From positions 1 through 64,000 of the forward strand of contig OZ024744.1 of assembly GCA_964016885.1 (NCBI GenBank): a DNA stretch of 64,000 nucleotides, written 5' to 3'. The stretch comes from Eledone cirrhosa (lineage: Eukaryota). The notes beneath the pieces are model-generated. The model was given only the letters and a program-made list of their open reading frames with translations. It was not told the origin of the DNA and searched no databases. Both the position numbers and the translations under genes were made by a program. The stretch's first letter is position 1. Every line of letters starts with the position of its first letter. Shown here in pieces: positions 1 to 11,500 of this stretch.

Positions 1-1770
1 GCTATCTTTCTCTACCTTGTCTTCCCTCAAAACTTCGTTCTTCACCAAGCTATCTTTCTCTACCTTGTCTTCCCCCAAAACTTCGTTCTTCACCAAGCTA
101 TCTTTCTCTACCTTGTCTTCCCTCAAAACATCGTTCTTCACCAAGCTATCTTTCTCTACCTTGTCTTCCCTCAAAACTTCGTTCTTCACCAAGCTATCTT
201 TCTCTACCTTGTCTTCCCTCAAAACCTCGTTCTTCACCAAGCTATCTTTCTCTACCGAGTCTTCCCTCAATACTTCGTTCTTCACCAAGCTATCTTTCTC
301 TACCTTGTCTTCCCCCAAAACTTTGTTCTTCACCAAGCTATCTTTCTCTACCTTTCTTCCCCCAAAACGTCGTTCTTCACCAAGCTATCTTTCTCTACCT
401 TGTCTACCCTCAAAACCTCGTTCTTCACCAAGCTATCTTTCTCTACCTTGTCTTCCCTCAAAACTTCGTTCTTCACCAAGCTATCTTTCTCTACCGAGTC
501 TTCCCTCAATACTTCGTTCTTCACCAAGCTATCTTTCTATACCTTGTCTTCCCCCAAAACTTTGTTCTTCACCAAGCTATCTTTCTCTACCTTTCTTCCC
601 CCAAAACGTCGTTCTTCACCAAGCTATCTTTCTCTACCTTGTCTTCCCTCAAAACGTCGTTCTTCACCAAGCTATCTTTCTCTACCTTGTCTTCCCTCAA
701 AACTTCGTTCTTCACCAACTATCTTTCTCTACCTTGTCTTCCCTCAAAACTTCGTTCTTCACCAAGCTATCTTTCTCTACCTTGTCTTCCCTCAAAACTT
801 CGTTCTTCACCAAGCTATCTTTCTCTACCTTGTCTTCCCCCAAAACTTCGTTCTTCACCAAGCTATCTTTCTCTACCTTGTCTTCCCTCAAAACTTCGTT
901 CTTCACCAAGCTATCTTTCTCTACCTTGTCTTCTCCCAAAACTTCGTTCTTCATCAAGCTATCTTTCTCTACATTGTCTTCCCCCAAAACTTCGTTCTTC
1001 ACCAAGCTATCTTTCTCTACTTTGTCTTCCCTCAAAACTTCGTTCTTCACCACGCTATCTTTCTCTACCTTGTCTTCCCTCAACACTTCATTCTTCATCA
1101 AGCTATCTTTCTCTACCTTGTCTTCCCTCAAAACTTCGTTCTTCACCAAGCTATCTTTCTCTACCTTGTCTTCCCCCAAAACTTCGTACTTCATCAAGCT
1201 ATCTTTCTCTACCTTGTCTTCCCTCAAAACTTCGTTCTTCATCAAGCTATCTTTCTCTACCTTGTCTTCCCTCAAAACTTCGTTCTTCACCAAGCTATCT
1301 TTCTCTACCTTGTCTTCACTCAAAACTTCGTTCTTCACCAACTATGTTTCTCTACCTTGTCTTCCCACAAAACGTCGTTCTTCACCAAGCTATCTTTCTC
1401 TACCTTGTCTTCCCCCAAAACTTCGTACTTCATCAAGCTATCTTTCTCTACCTTGCCTTCCCCCAAAACTTCGTTCTTCACCAAGCTATCTTTCTCTACC
1501 TTGTCTTCCCTCAAAACTTCGTTCTTCACCAAGCTATCTTTCTCTACCTTATCTGCCCCCAAACTTCGTTATTCATCAACCTATCTTTCTCTACCTTGTC
1601 TTCCCTCAAAATTTCGTTCTTCACCAAGCTATCTTTCTCTACATTGTCTTCCCCCAAAACTTCGTTCTTCACCAAGCTATCTTTCTCTACCTTGTCTTCC
1701 CCCAAAACTTCGTTCTTCACCAAGCTATCTTTCTCTACCTTGTCTTCCCTCAAAACTTCGTTCTTCACCA
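1..1770. repeat. 48-bp tandem repeat (minisatellite), ~37 copies in window, continues off the left edge
   Basis: Unit GCTATCTTTCTCTACCTTGTCTTCCCTCAAAACTTCGTTCTTCACCAA recurs at 1, 49, 97 and onward, with scattered substitutions and a few 1-bp deletions (near 352, 591, 718, 1341, 1560). Confidence 0.97.
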
Positions 1771-1877
1771 GGCTGTCACCGTGGTGTCCCGCTCTCCTCT
1801 TCGTCTTTATCGCCACGTAGTGAACATCAGACAAAGGCAATTTCATCCTTTTCTTCATCAAGCTGCGGTCGAGAAGC

Positions 1878-2072
1878 GGCTGCTGCTGCTGATGCATTTG
1901 GCAACAACGGCAACAAAGGATGTAGCAGCAGCAGCGGCAGCAGTAATAATAACACCAGTGGCAGCAGTAGCAGCAGCAGCAGCAACAGCAGCAACAGCAA
2001 CACAACACCAGTTCTAGTAGTAGCAACAGCAACATCACCAACAAGACTAGTAGCAACAGTAGTACCAGCAAC
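1878..2072. repeat. Imperfect (CAG/CAA/TAG) trinucleotide low-complexity tract
   Basis: Runs such as GCTGCTGCTGCT and GCAGCAGCAGCAACAGCAGCAACAGCAAC are visible directly. Confidence 0.8.
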
Positions 2073-2446
2073 AAGGGTGGAATGCAACGTAGAAACCGTC
2101 CTGGTCACAGAGGAGGAGATGGCGGTCGCAAGACACATGGTAACCAGAACTGAATTTTCAGTCTCCTTGAAAGTACCAACCGACTTCCTGGGGGAACAAG
2201 AGCGACGCACAGTGTCATACCGCACGATTAACACAAAATGGCGGCATACCAAAGGCAAATACCAAAGGCCTTGTCCAAATTAAACTGGAACATTATAAAC
2301 ATTTAAAAGAAAAAGTCCGCAACGCATTTGGAGACTTCAGAGGGTCTGTTACCAAGAGAATATACACGGACATTATCTTGGAGACACCCATGACCAGCCA
2401 GTGGGACGGTTCGATTGTCTCTTTCCCAGACGATGAGGGTAGGTGA
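2000..2446 (+). pseudogene. Probable C-terminal remnant of LINE ORF1
   Basis: Removing a 13-bp duplication (ATACCAAAGGC at 2246 and 2259) joins ...TINTKWRHTKG to LVQIKLEHYKHLKEKVRNAFGDFRGSVTKRIYTDIILETPMTSQWDGSIVSFPDDEGR. TGA at 2444-2446 lies 32 nt before the ORF2 ATG. No recognisable domain. Confidence 0.45.
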
Positions 2447-2478
2447 TCCTTTCTCACTTACTCCATTCCTCACCCAAC

Positions 2479-5259
2479 ATGGCCTTACTAAGAATAAACA
2501 GTGTAAATGTACGTGGCCTGGGGTCATCTTGGAACAGGGCCACCTGCTTAAAGACCTCAGGTCATTAAACATAGATGTGGTGGCTATCAGCGAGACCAGA
2601 ATTTCCGAAGCACGAGATTTCACGCCGATCTCCGGCGGCTGCGATGTATTCGCTTCTCCCAGCCGTCCAGGAATGGAGGGGGGGGGGCGTTGCTGTGCTT
2701 TTTCGGAAAAGCTTGGATCAAGCAATACTGGCCATCTTCCTGGACCCAGAATGTAAGTCAGAGGTGCAGGACGTGACCGGCTGCAAAGGCTATGCTTTCA
2801 GGCTAGTAGCCGTCTACGCCCCGGAAGGGGCAGGACGGCCAGATTTCTTCAGACGTCTAGAGACCTTTCTCGGAATAACCTGTTATTTAGTGTTGGTGGG
2901 CGACTGGAACGGTATCTTAGATTTCATGCTGGGATTATATGGGGCTAGTAGACAGGGCAGGAGGGGGTAAAAGCCTCAACAACCTGCTCAGGCGTTTTCA
3001 ACTGTCTGACAGGTCTGGACAGGATTATCCGAATGTGTAAATGTGGACATCGGTACACCGTATCAGGTCATCCAGATCGTATCTAGATAGGGTATTCTAC
3101 TATTTAGTCGACTACACGGACCACAAATTTGTGATCTGTGAAGTCGACTTAGATAGACTTCATAAGCAAGGACCCGGTTACTGGAAGCTGAACGCGTTGT
3201 TCTCGGCGCGCAAACCCTACAGAGACCGGATAAGCGAATTAGTTAAGCGTGCGTTGACGGGTACAATCGTCAACAACAGGTGGTGGTTTACGCTGAAAAG
3301 GGCAATTAGAGTAGAATCGATAAGGTTTATTGATCCGGTATTTGGAGGACCACGACGGGCGCATGTTACTCGAACCGGAGCAAATGTGTGCAGCTTTTCA
3401 GCGGCACTTCGATCAGCTGTCCGGGGGGAAGCGGTGGGTCAGATCGAGGGATAGACTTTAGCGCCTACCTCGACGGACTACCGCGACTCTCAGCCACTGA
3501 GGCGAAGCGTTGCGAAAGGCCGATAACAGCCGCTGAAATACGGGTAGCAATGACTGACTGCACGATGGGTAAATCGCCAGGTTTGAATGGTCTGCCCTAC
3601 GAGCTTTACGGACGGATGCCAGACTTGTTCAGCGACCTCTTGGTGGACGTCTACTGTAACTGACAGGGGAGAATTCCCAGCTTTGTGAGCTGAGTAGTGG
3701 TAGTGCTGCTGAGAAAGGATCCGAACAAGGGGGACAATATAGATAATTTCAGGCCCATAACTCTGCTCAACACAGAATTCAAGATTTTGGCCAAGGTGCT
3801 AGCAAAGAGGCTGGCACTCGTCGTGGGTGGTCTGGTGGGAGAGGCGCAGACCTGTGCCATTCCAGACAGATCCATCCATGACATTCTCCACCTCATGTGA
3901 TACATCGTGGAGAGGGTATCTAATGAACATGGCACATCAAATTAGATCAGTCGAAAGCTTTCAACAGGGCCGACTATCGATATCTGGCGGCACCCTGAGG
4001 GTGGCCCGCTTTGGGCCCCTTTTCAGAGCCTGGGTCGTTGCCATGTGGTGAGAGTGAACGATCACCTTTCGGAACCGATCAACATCATGCGCTCGGTCCG
4101 CCAAGGAAATCCCCTCTCATCCCTGTTGTACGTATTGACTCTCGAGTCATTACTGCACGAACTGGAGATGTTGATGGGGTTCCAACGGGAAATGGGCTGC
4201 GGGAGAACCGCGTCAGCATATGCCGAAGACGTCACCGTAGTGGTGTTGAGCAAAGAACACATCGAGGCAATCGACACTACACTACGAGAATACGAGACGG
4301 TTACAGAAGCAATGTTAAACCAGGAAGAGTCGGTTGGCTTGCAGCTCGGCATCTGGAGAGGCAGGTCCATGCTGTCCAACAACGTCATCGGACGCTGGAG
4401 GAACGGACCGGTTAGATTACTAGGGGCCTGGTACGGTCTGGACCTCCAGACGGACAAACACTGGTGACGAGCAGGGTGGCCTCTCTCACCCAGAAGCGGG
4501 CCGAGAGGAAGCTATCCCTGAAAGGTCGAGTGGAGATGACGAACGCGTGCATTGCGTCCATCATCTACCGCCTGAACGTCGTACCTTATCCCAAACCTCG
4601 CCTAACTACTTTGGAGCGTTTGCTCTTTCGCTTTTTGTGGAAGGGACGTGCTCCGATGGTCAGGCGGTGCATTTGCTGTCAACATCCGCTACCTGGAGGA
4701 CTGGGCTAGCCGTGGATGATGATGCGTAAATATGCGCTCAGACTATAGTATCCCCACCTCTTTCTCGATGGTGATCAGGTTTGGTCGACGTATTTTTCCC
4801 CAGCTTGTCTCCTTGACGGAGCTGCTAGTTCGGGTAAACTCTACAGGCATGGAAGTGCCATTAGCCGGGCCTGTCTGATATGCGCCTGCACGCACTCGTC
4901 CAGTGTTCCAGCATTGCTGACTTGTGGGTTTATATCGAAAACCTGCTGTCGCATGTAGGACGGATCCGGCTATCAGCTGAGTCCATCGTGAGGATGGCCC
5001 CCACCTCCTGCCTTTAGCATGGAAGGGCAGGCAGTTTTTATCTGCCTGGTGGCCATGGCGATCGTGTGGTGGACGCGTTTGAAAAGGCTGAAGACGTGCA
5101 CTTACCAATTTGGTGGTGCCCTGATTAACTTTTTCAAATTTCATGTGAAAAGGAAAATCAGGATGGAGAGGGAAGTGTTCTCTTCCCAGCAATTTGTGGT
5201 CGGTGAGAGAGGAAATCATGGCCCGAGTGAATGGGCCTGCTCTGAGTATGTGCCTGTAA
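2479..5259 (+). pseudogene. L1/Tx1 ORF2 (APE endonuclease + reverse transcriptase), fragmented
   Basis: ATG at 2479 gives MALLRINSVNVRGL. APE motifs: DVVAISETR, VYAP, LVGDWN, SYLDRVF, TDHK, GPGYWKLN. RT motifs: GKSPGLNGLP, NFRPITLLNTEFKILAKVLAKRL, SVRQGNPLSSLLY, AYAED (decayed YADD), HPLPGGLG. Zn-knuckle remnant ACLIC...LHALVQCSSIADLW near 4868-4927. Confidence 0.92.
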
Positions 5260-5483
5260 ATTGGAGGTGGAAAAAAGGTGTCACCATGGTCACCGTAGCT
5301 TTTTTAATGGGCTCTCTGCACGAGTGCCCCTCGAAAGTCTCCCCCCTATTTAGACAATGTTCCCTTGTTTCTTTTTTTGTCATTTCCTTTGTTTTTTGTT
5401 TTCACTCAGTAATGCCCATTTGTACCGTCCTGTACTTTCATGTACTGTTCTTAATGTTATACTTTATGTCAACCCTTGTTCTT

Positions 5484-5495
5484 AATAAATAAAAA
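5484..5495 (+). terminator. Polyadenylation signal and short A tail of the L1/Tx1 element
   Basis: AATAAATAAAAA follows the T-rich 3' UTR and abuts an (ATT)n/(AC)n microsatellite. Confidence 0.65.
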
Positions 5496-5572
5496 CATTA
5501 TTATAATAATTATTATTATTATACACACACACCCACGTACTTACAAATATATATATAATTATAAGTTACCAT

Positions 5573-6022
5573 CGAGCATAGTTGTATACAGATATGTATG
5601 GGAATTTCATATTTCTAAAGAAATACGGTATGATAAAATAGATAATCATTTAGAAAGCCGTAGCTACGCAAAAACACCAGCGGCTATCGCGATCTGGAGG
5701 TGTCCAGCAGAACGAAGGGGGACAATCATCGATGCACATTTGAAACTAAACTGGATCTCGTGAGGAGAATCCCTCCCCTTCTTGCAACTGCTGGCCTTTG
5801 AAAACAGGCGGGAATATATAGTTTTCTCGTCTGTGTAAATGAGGTGATTAATCTAATTTGCATATGAAGCTGTATAAGTTGGCTCAACTTATAATAGAAT
5901 AGAATTACAATATAACTACGAGCATAGCTGTATACAGATATGTGTTCGAATTTCGTATTTCTAGAGAAATACGGTTTATGGTATAAATGAAGTCGTAGAT
6001 TAATATTCTTTTTAGGAAACCG
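5573..6022. repeat. Diverged direct repeat pair (~60-90 bp), 346 bp apart
   Basis: CGAGCATAGTTGTATACAGATATGTATGGGAATTTCATATTTCTAAAGAAATACGGT at 5573 versus CGAGCATAGCTGTATACAGATATGTGTTCGAATTTCGTATTTCTAGAGAAATACGGT at 5919. Confidence 0.8.
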
Positions 6023-6099
6023 AATGAATCAGAGTTAAGAATAATGTAAATAAATTAGTAGAACGAAAATGACAGAGGTTATTAAAATCAATAATAATT

Positions 6100-6498
6100 A
6101 AATATATACATACACGCATCTATATACAACATACACCTGCATACGCGAAAACACCCGCCATGCATGCATATACATACACGTACACATAAACACGCGCACA
6201 CATACTTAAACCCGCGCGACACCTGTACACGCACACATACGAACGTATACACCAAATACACACACACATATATATATATATATGTGTGTGTGTGTGTATA
6301 CATATAATTATATAAACGTATATAAATATGCACATATAAATACGTATATAACGCACGCACACACATACCTACAGGTAAATACACATATGCACATCAAACG
6401 TACTCCCACCAAAACACAATGTACACATATACACACATTACATACGTGTAAACACGCATACACGCAATCACAAAATACACATAAACACAACCATAAAC

Positions 6499-6583
<85 letters not shown>
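6100..6583. repeat. Degenerate (AC/AT) low-complexity tract ending in a perfect (AT)~41 microsatellite (6502-6583)
   Basis: Directly visible dinucleotide repeats. Confidence 0.93.
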
Positions 6584-6586
<3 letters not shown>

Positions 6587-6674
6587 CAAATGAGAATTGC
6601 AACAACTGCGTCAACAGCAATAACACTAACCATGTTAGGGCTGCGCACGGTAGTGGGGTGGCTGGTGAGGCCAT

Positions 6675-9650
6675 ATGCGAGTTGCCTCACTTAATGTTGG
6701 CACTCTAACAGGTAAATCTGGTGAGATAGTGGACATGCTGGAGAGAAGGCACGTGGATGTATGCTGTGTGGAAGAGGTGAGATGGAGAGGTGCCTCTGCA
6801 AGACTAATCTCAGGCAAACATCTTAGTTATAAGCTTTTCTGGGTGGGTAATGATGATGGGTTAGGTGGGGTGGGCATTTTACTGGCTGAGAAATGGATCG
6901 ATAATCAATAGAGGTAGTTAGAGTTAGTGATAGAATAATTAAGCTTAGATTAGTTGTAGGCAAGAGACTACTGACAATCATCTCTTCCTATGCTCCCCAG
7001 GCAGGCCTAGGTAAAGAAGAGAAAGACTGCTTTTACGAGCAACTTTTACAAACAGCCACAATGACAGAAGACGGAGACATTGTTATGCTAGCAGGGGACT
7101 TCAATGGTCATGTTGGACACCTCCAGGATGTTTACACTGTGGTACATAGTGGGTACGGTTACGGCTCAAGAAATGAAGAAGGAGTGAGACTTCTTGAGTT
7201 TTGTGATGCAAGTGCACTAACCATTTGCAACACTAACTTCCAGAAACCTGCCAACCACCTAATAGCCTACCAAACAGGCGAGCACATACTCCTGATTGAC
7301 CTCTTGCTAATGAGGCAGCGAGACAGACAGATGGTGTCAAATACCAAGGCATACTCCGGGAAGAATGTACCCCACAGCATAGGTTAGTCGTTAGTGATAT
7401 CTCAGTAAGCAAGAGACAGAATGAGACATACAGGACGATGTGGAAAAGAAAGGTCTGGAAGCTAAAAGACCTTTCACTAAAATATAAATTTAGTAAAGCC
7501 CTTCAAGATGTGTATGACGGAAAAGAAGACGATTTAGAATCGTATGACATAGATGATAACTGGAATTTCTTACGTGACAACTTACTGCAGGCTACTGAAG
7601 AAACTTGTGGCTGGAGCAGAGCTCCAACCAGACAGAGAGTGTCCTGGTGGTGGAGCAGCCCGGTAGATAGAGCCATTAGAGACAAAAGACTAGCATGGAA
7701 CGCTTGGAAAAATGGTGGGAGTAGAGAAGGATATACAACCGCTAAGAGAGAAGCTAGACGTCAGGTGTACTTAGCACGCAGGGAGGCTGAGAGTAGGAGG
7801 TTTGCCAATGTTTTGCGACGGGAAGATCAGAGACGTGCGGTGTTCCGTATTGCAAGGCAGTGTGTTAGTGTAAATCAGTATATAGTTGGAGATAGGTGTA
7901 TCGGGAATGATGCCGGTGTACTTAGTGTCACGAATGATCAGAAAAAGGAGGCCTGGAAATGTCATTATGCGAGACTGATGAATATGGTGAACGAATGGGA
8001 GAGAGAGAAATTACCCCCAGTAGATCTGAGAGAGCGACCAGTTATTGAGATTGACGAATATAGAGTCCAAGAGACGATTAAAGAAATGAAAAATGGTAAG
8101 GCCGCTGGACCGTCGGGGATAGTTGCTGAGATGCTGAAGGCATCAGGCGACGTAAGGCACTAAACTGGTCTGGTTGCACGCATTATCAATCAGGCTATAT
8201 ATGGCGGTGACATACCCAAAGACTGGTGCAGCAGTATTCTCATAAATTGCTACAAAGGTAAAGGGGATGCTCTGGAGAGGAGCAATTATAGTGGTGTAAA
8301 ACTAATGGATCAGGTTATGAAAGTGGCAGAAAGGATATTAGCGCAACTAATTAGAGAAAGTTTCCAATTAGATCAGATGCAATTTGGTTTTGTGCCTCGG
8401 AAAAGTACAACAGTTGCCCTCTTCTTAGTGAGAGAACTACAAGAGAGGTTTTTAGAGAACAATAAGCCACTATACTTAGCTTCTGTTGACCTAGAGAAGG
8501 CCTTTGATAGGGTACCCCGATCTGTCATCTGGTGGTCCCTAAGGAAACTAGGTGTTGAGGAATGGCTTGTGAGGACAGTGCAAGCTTTATAGAGGGATGC
8601 TGTCAGTAAAGTGAAGATAGGAATGGTGTTTAGTGAGGAATTCCAGAGACAAGTAGGAGTACATCAGGGTTCGGTCCTCAGCCCGCTCTTGTTCATTATA
8701 ATACTCCAAACCATAACAGAGGAGTTTAATACTGGCTGCCCATGGGAACTTCTCCAAGCTGACGATCTGGTTCTTATAGCAGAATCAGTAGAGGAGCTAG
8801 AGAATGAATTCTGGCTATGGAAACAGCAGTTGGAATTAAGAGGACTGAGAGTGACCCTAGTTAAGTGTTGATGAGCAGAAAAGAGGATAATACTCTGATT
8901 CCGTCAGGGAAATGGCCATGTTCGATATGCAGAAAAGGAACTGCTACACATTCTAGAAAATGTACCCAATGCAGATCTTGGGTACACAAGAGATGTAGTG
9001 GGATGGCAGGCAAACTAAGAGATAGGGAAAAATAAGTATGCAGTAGATGTACAGGGAAATTTGACAGTAGAAGTCACATTGATAGACACATTTTTCAAAT
9101 GCAGGTGGGTTCTATAGAAGTGATTGATAGCTTCCGGTACCTAGGTGATTCCGAGGCCATAGTATCTAGAATAAGGACGGGTTGGAAGAAGTTTAGGGAG
9201 CTGCTTCTTCTGCTGACGAAAAAGGGTTTCTCCCTGCGTACGAAAGGCCGGTTATATGAAGCCTGTGTGAGGAACGCGATGCTGCATGGTAGTGAGACAT
9301 GAGCAGCAACTGCAGAGGATATGCGTCGGCTGGAGAGAAATGAGGCAAGCATGCTCCGTTGCATGTGCAATGTCAATGTGCGTGAACGACCGAGCATGGA
9401 CGTGTTGAGAGAGAAACTGTGTTTAAGAGGGATAAGTTGTAGTATGCGGGAGAGAAGACTGCGATGTTATGGACATGTGGTGCGCATGGAGGATGTAAAG
9501 AAGTGCCAAGAAATGCCAGTTGAAGGAAGATGCAGTAGAGTTAGACCACAAAAAACATGGGTGGAGGTGGTGAGAGCAGACTTCAGATCGCTGAAGCTCT
9601 CCACTTATCTGTGATAAGTGGAGAGATGCTGTGCTGAATAGGACCCGTCC
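6675..9650 (+). pseudogene. RTE ORF (APE endonuclease + RT with inserted PHD finger), disrupted
   Basis: MRVASLNVGTLTGK, VCCVEEVRW, GVGILL, AGDFNGHVG, GKAAGPSG, QFGFVPRKST, VDLEKAFDRVP, GVHQGSVLSPLLF, LLQADDLVL (decayed YADD), FRYLG, LHGSETW-like, YGHVVRM. Several stops and frameshifts. Confidence 0.93.
8913..9050 (+). other. C4HC3 PHD-finger coding segment inside the RTE RT
   Basis: Manual translation from 8913: WPCSICRKGTATHSRKCTQCRSWVHKRCSGMAGKLRDREK*VCSRC, i.e. CxxC..CxxCxxWxHxxC..CxxC. One in-frame TAA at 9033. Confidence 0.8.
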
Positions 9651-9719
9651 CACCCTTGCAAGCAGGGAAAAGCGGACGTAAAATGTTGATGATGATGATG
9701 ATGATATATATATTCAAAG

Positions 9720-9933
9720 AAAGATATAGGTGGAAAGGGACTGAGTGAGAAAGAGAGACAGAGAGACAGAGAGACTGACAGTCAGATATAAATATGGTGG
9801 GAGAGAGAGATTTGACCAGATAGAAAAAGAGAGAGAGAGAGTGAGTGAGAGAGAGAGAGAGAGAGAGTCAGAGAGACATACAGAGAGAGAGAGAGACAGA
9901 GAGAGAGAGAGAGGGAGAGATAGAGAGAGAGAG

Positions 9934-9982
<49 letters not shown>

Positions 9983-10110
9983 CATATACAGAGAGAGAGT
10001 GAGAGACAAGCAGATAGACAGACGGATAGAAAGACGGCGGAAGAGAGAGATACAAGAAGATGGGAAAAGATTGAGAGAGAAAGAGTGAGAGACAGACACT
10101 GAGTGAGTGG
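9720..10110. repeat. Imperfect (GA)n microsatellite region
   Basis: Long GAGAGA runs with GACA/GATA interruptions. Confidence 0.93.
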
Positions 10111-10116
10111 AAGACT

Positions 10117-10720
10117 GGTGGTGTTGGTGGTGGTGTTGGTGGTGGTGTTGGTGGTGGTGTTGGTGTTGTTGTTGGTGGTGTTGGTGGTGGTGTTGGTGGT
10201 GGTGGTGGTGTTGTTGTTGGTGTTGTTGTTGGTGGTGGTGGTGGTGGTGGTGTTGTTGTTGGTGTTGTTGGTGGCGGTGTTGGTGGTGGTGGTGTTGGTG
10301 GTGTTGTTGGTGGTGGTGTTGGTGGTGTTGGTGGTGTTGTTGGTGGTGTTGTTGTTGGTGTTGTTGGTGGTGGTGTTGATGGTGGTGGTGGTGTTGTTGT
10401 TGGTGTTGTTGGTGGTGGTGGTGGTGGTGGTGGTGGTGGTGTAGTTGTTGTTGGTGTTGTTGTTGGTGGTGGTGGTGGTGTGGTTGTTGTTGTTGGTGGT
10501 GGTGTTGTTGGTGGAGGTGTTGGTGGTGTTGTTGTTGGTGGGGGTGATGGTGGTGTTATTGTTGATGTTGTTGTTGGTGTTGTTGGTGGTAGTGTTGGTG
10601 GTGGTGTTGATGGTGGTGGTGGTGTTGTTGTTGGTGTTGTTGGTGGTGGTGTTCTTGTTGGTGTTGGTGGTGGTGGTGGTGTTGTTGGTGGTGCTGTTGG
10701 TGGTGGTGTTGCTGTTGGTG

Positions 10721-10752
<32 letters not shown>

Positions 10753-11500
10753 GTTGTTGTTGGTGTTGTTGGTCGTAGTGTTGGTGGTGGTGGTGGTGTT
10801 GTTGGTGGTAGTGTTGGTGGTGGTGGTGGTGTTGTTGGTGGTGTTGTTTTTGGTGTTGTTGGTGGTGGTGTTGGTGGTGGTAGTGGTGTTGTTGTTGGTG
10901 TTGTTGGTGGTGGTGTTCATGTTGGTGTTGGTGGTGGTGGTGGTGTTGTTGTTGGTGTTGTTGGTGGTGGTGTTCTTGTTGGTGTTGGTGTTGGTGGTGG
11001 TGTTGTTGTTGGTGGTGGTGGTGTTGTTGTTATTGGTGTTGTTGGTGGAGGTGTTCTTGGTGTTGGTGTTGGTATTTTTGGTGGTGGTGGTGTTGGTGGT
11101 GTTGGTGGTTGTGTTGTTGGTGTTGTTGGTGGTGTTGGTGGTGTTGTTGGTGGTGTTGTTGTTGGTGTTGTTGGTGGTGTTGGTGGTGTTGTTGGTGGTG
11201 TTGTTGTTGGTGTTGTTGGTGGTGTTGTTGTTGGTGGTGTTGTGTCGCTGTTGGTGGTGTTGTTGTAGGTAGTGTTGGTGGTGGTGGTGTTGGTGGTGTT
11301 GGTGGTGGTGTTTTTCCTGGTTTTGGTGTTGTTGTTGTTGTTGATAATGATGTTGTTGTTGATGGTGTTGTTGTTTTTGCTGGTATTGTTGGTGTTGACA
11401 ATGTTATTGGCGATGTTGGTGGTGCTGTTAAACATATATTTATTTCTGGTGTTGTTGTTGGTTGCGTTGTTGGTGTTGATGTTAGGGTTAGAGTTGTTGT
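10117..11500. repeat. ~1.4-kb mixed (GGT)/(GTT) trinucleotide repeat
   Basis: Almost pure GGT/GTT triplets to ~11320, degenerating afterwards. Confidence 0.96.

Larger units (their letters stand above)
2000..5495 (+). mobile_element. Decayed L1/Tx1-clade non-LTR retrotransposon (5' boundary uncertain)
   Basis: Ordered remnants of a putative ORF1 tail, APE endonuclease, RT and C-terminal CCHC, then a T-rich 3' UTR, AATAAA (5484-5489) and a short A tail. Many stops and frameshifts. Confidence 0.9.
6584..9705 (+). mobile_element. Near-full-length decayed RTE-clade LINE with a (GAT)6 tail
   Basis: Single APE-RT reading frame in pieces. The 3' end ACCCGTCCCACCCTTGCAAGC...GGACGTAAAA is followed by (GAT)6 at 9688-9705. 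TA repeats flank both sides. Confidence 0.93.

Noticed and set aside
1-1770. CRISPR-like array
   Set aside because: Units are head-to-tail with no unique spacers, there are no cas genes, and the context is eukaryotic.
17-2017. 666-, 627- and 393-aa plus-strand ORFs as intact genes
   Set aside because: All three frames are open because the pyrimidine-rich unit has no stops, and the peptide switches register at each 1-bp deletion.
6088-6690. Tyr/Ile/Cys/Val-rich short ORFs
   Set aside because: Translations of AC/AT dinucleotide repeats.
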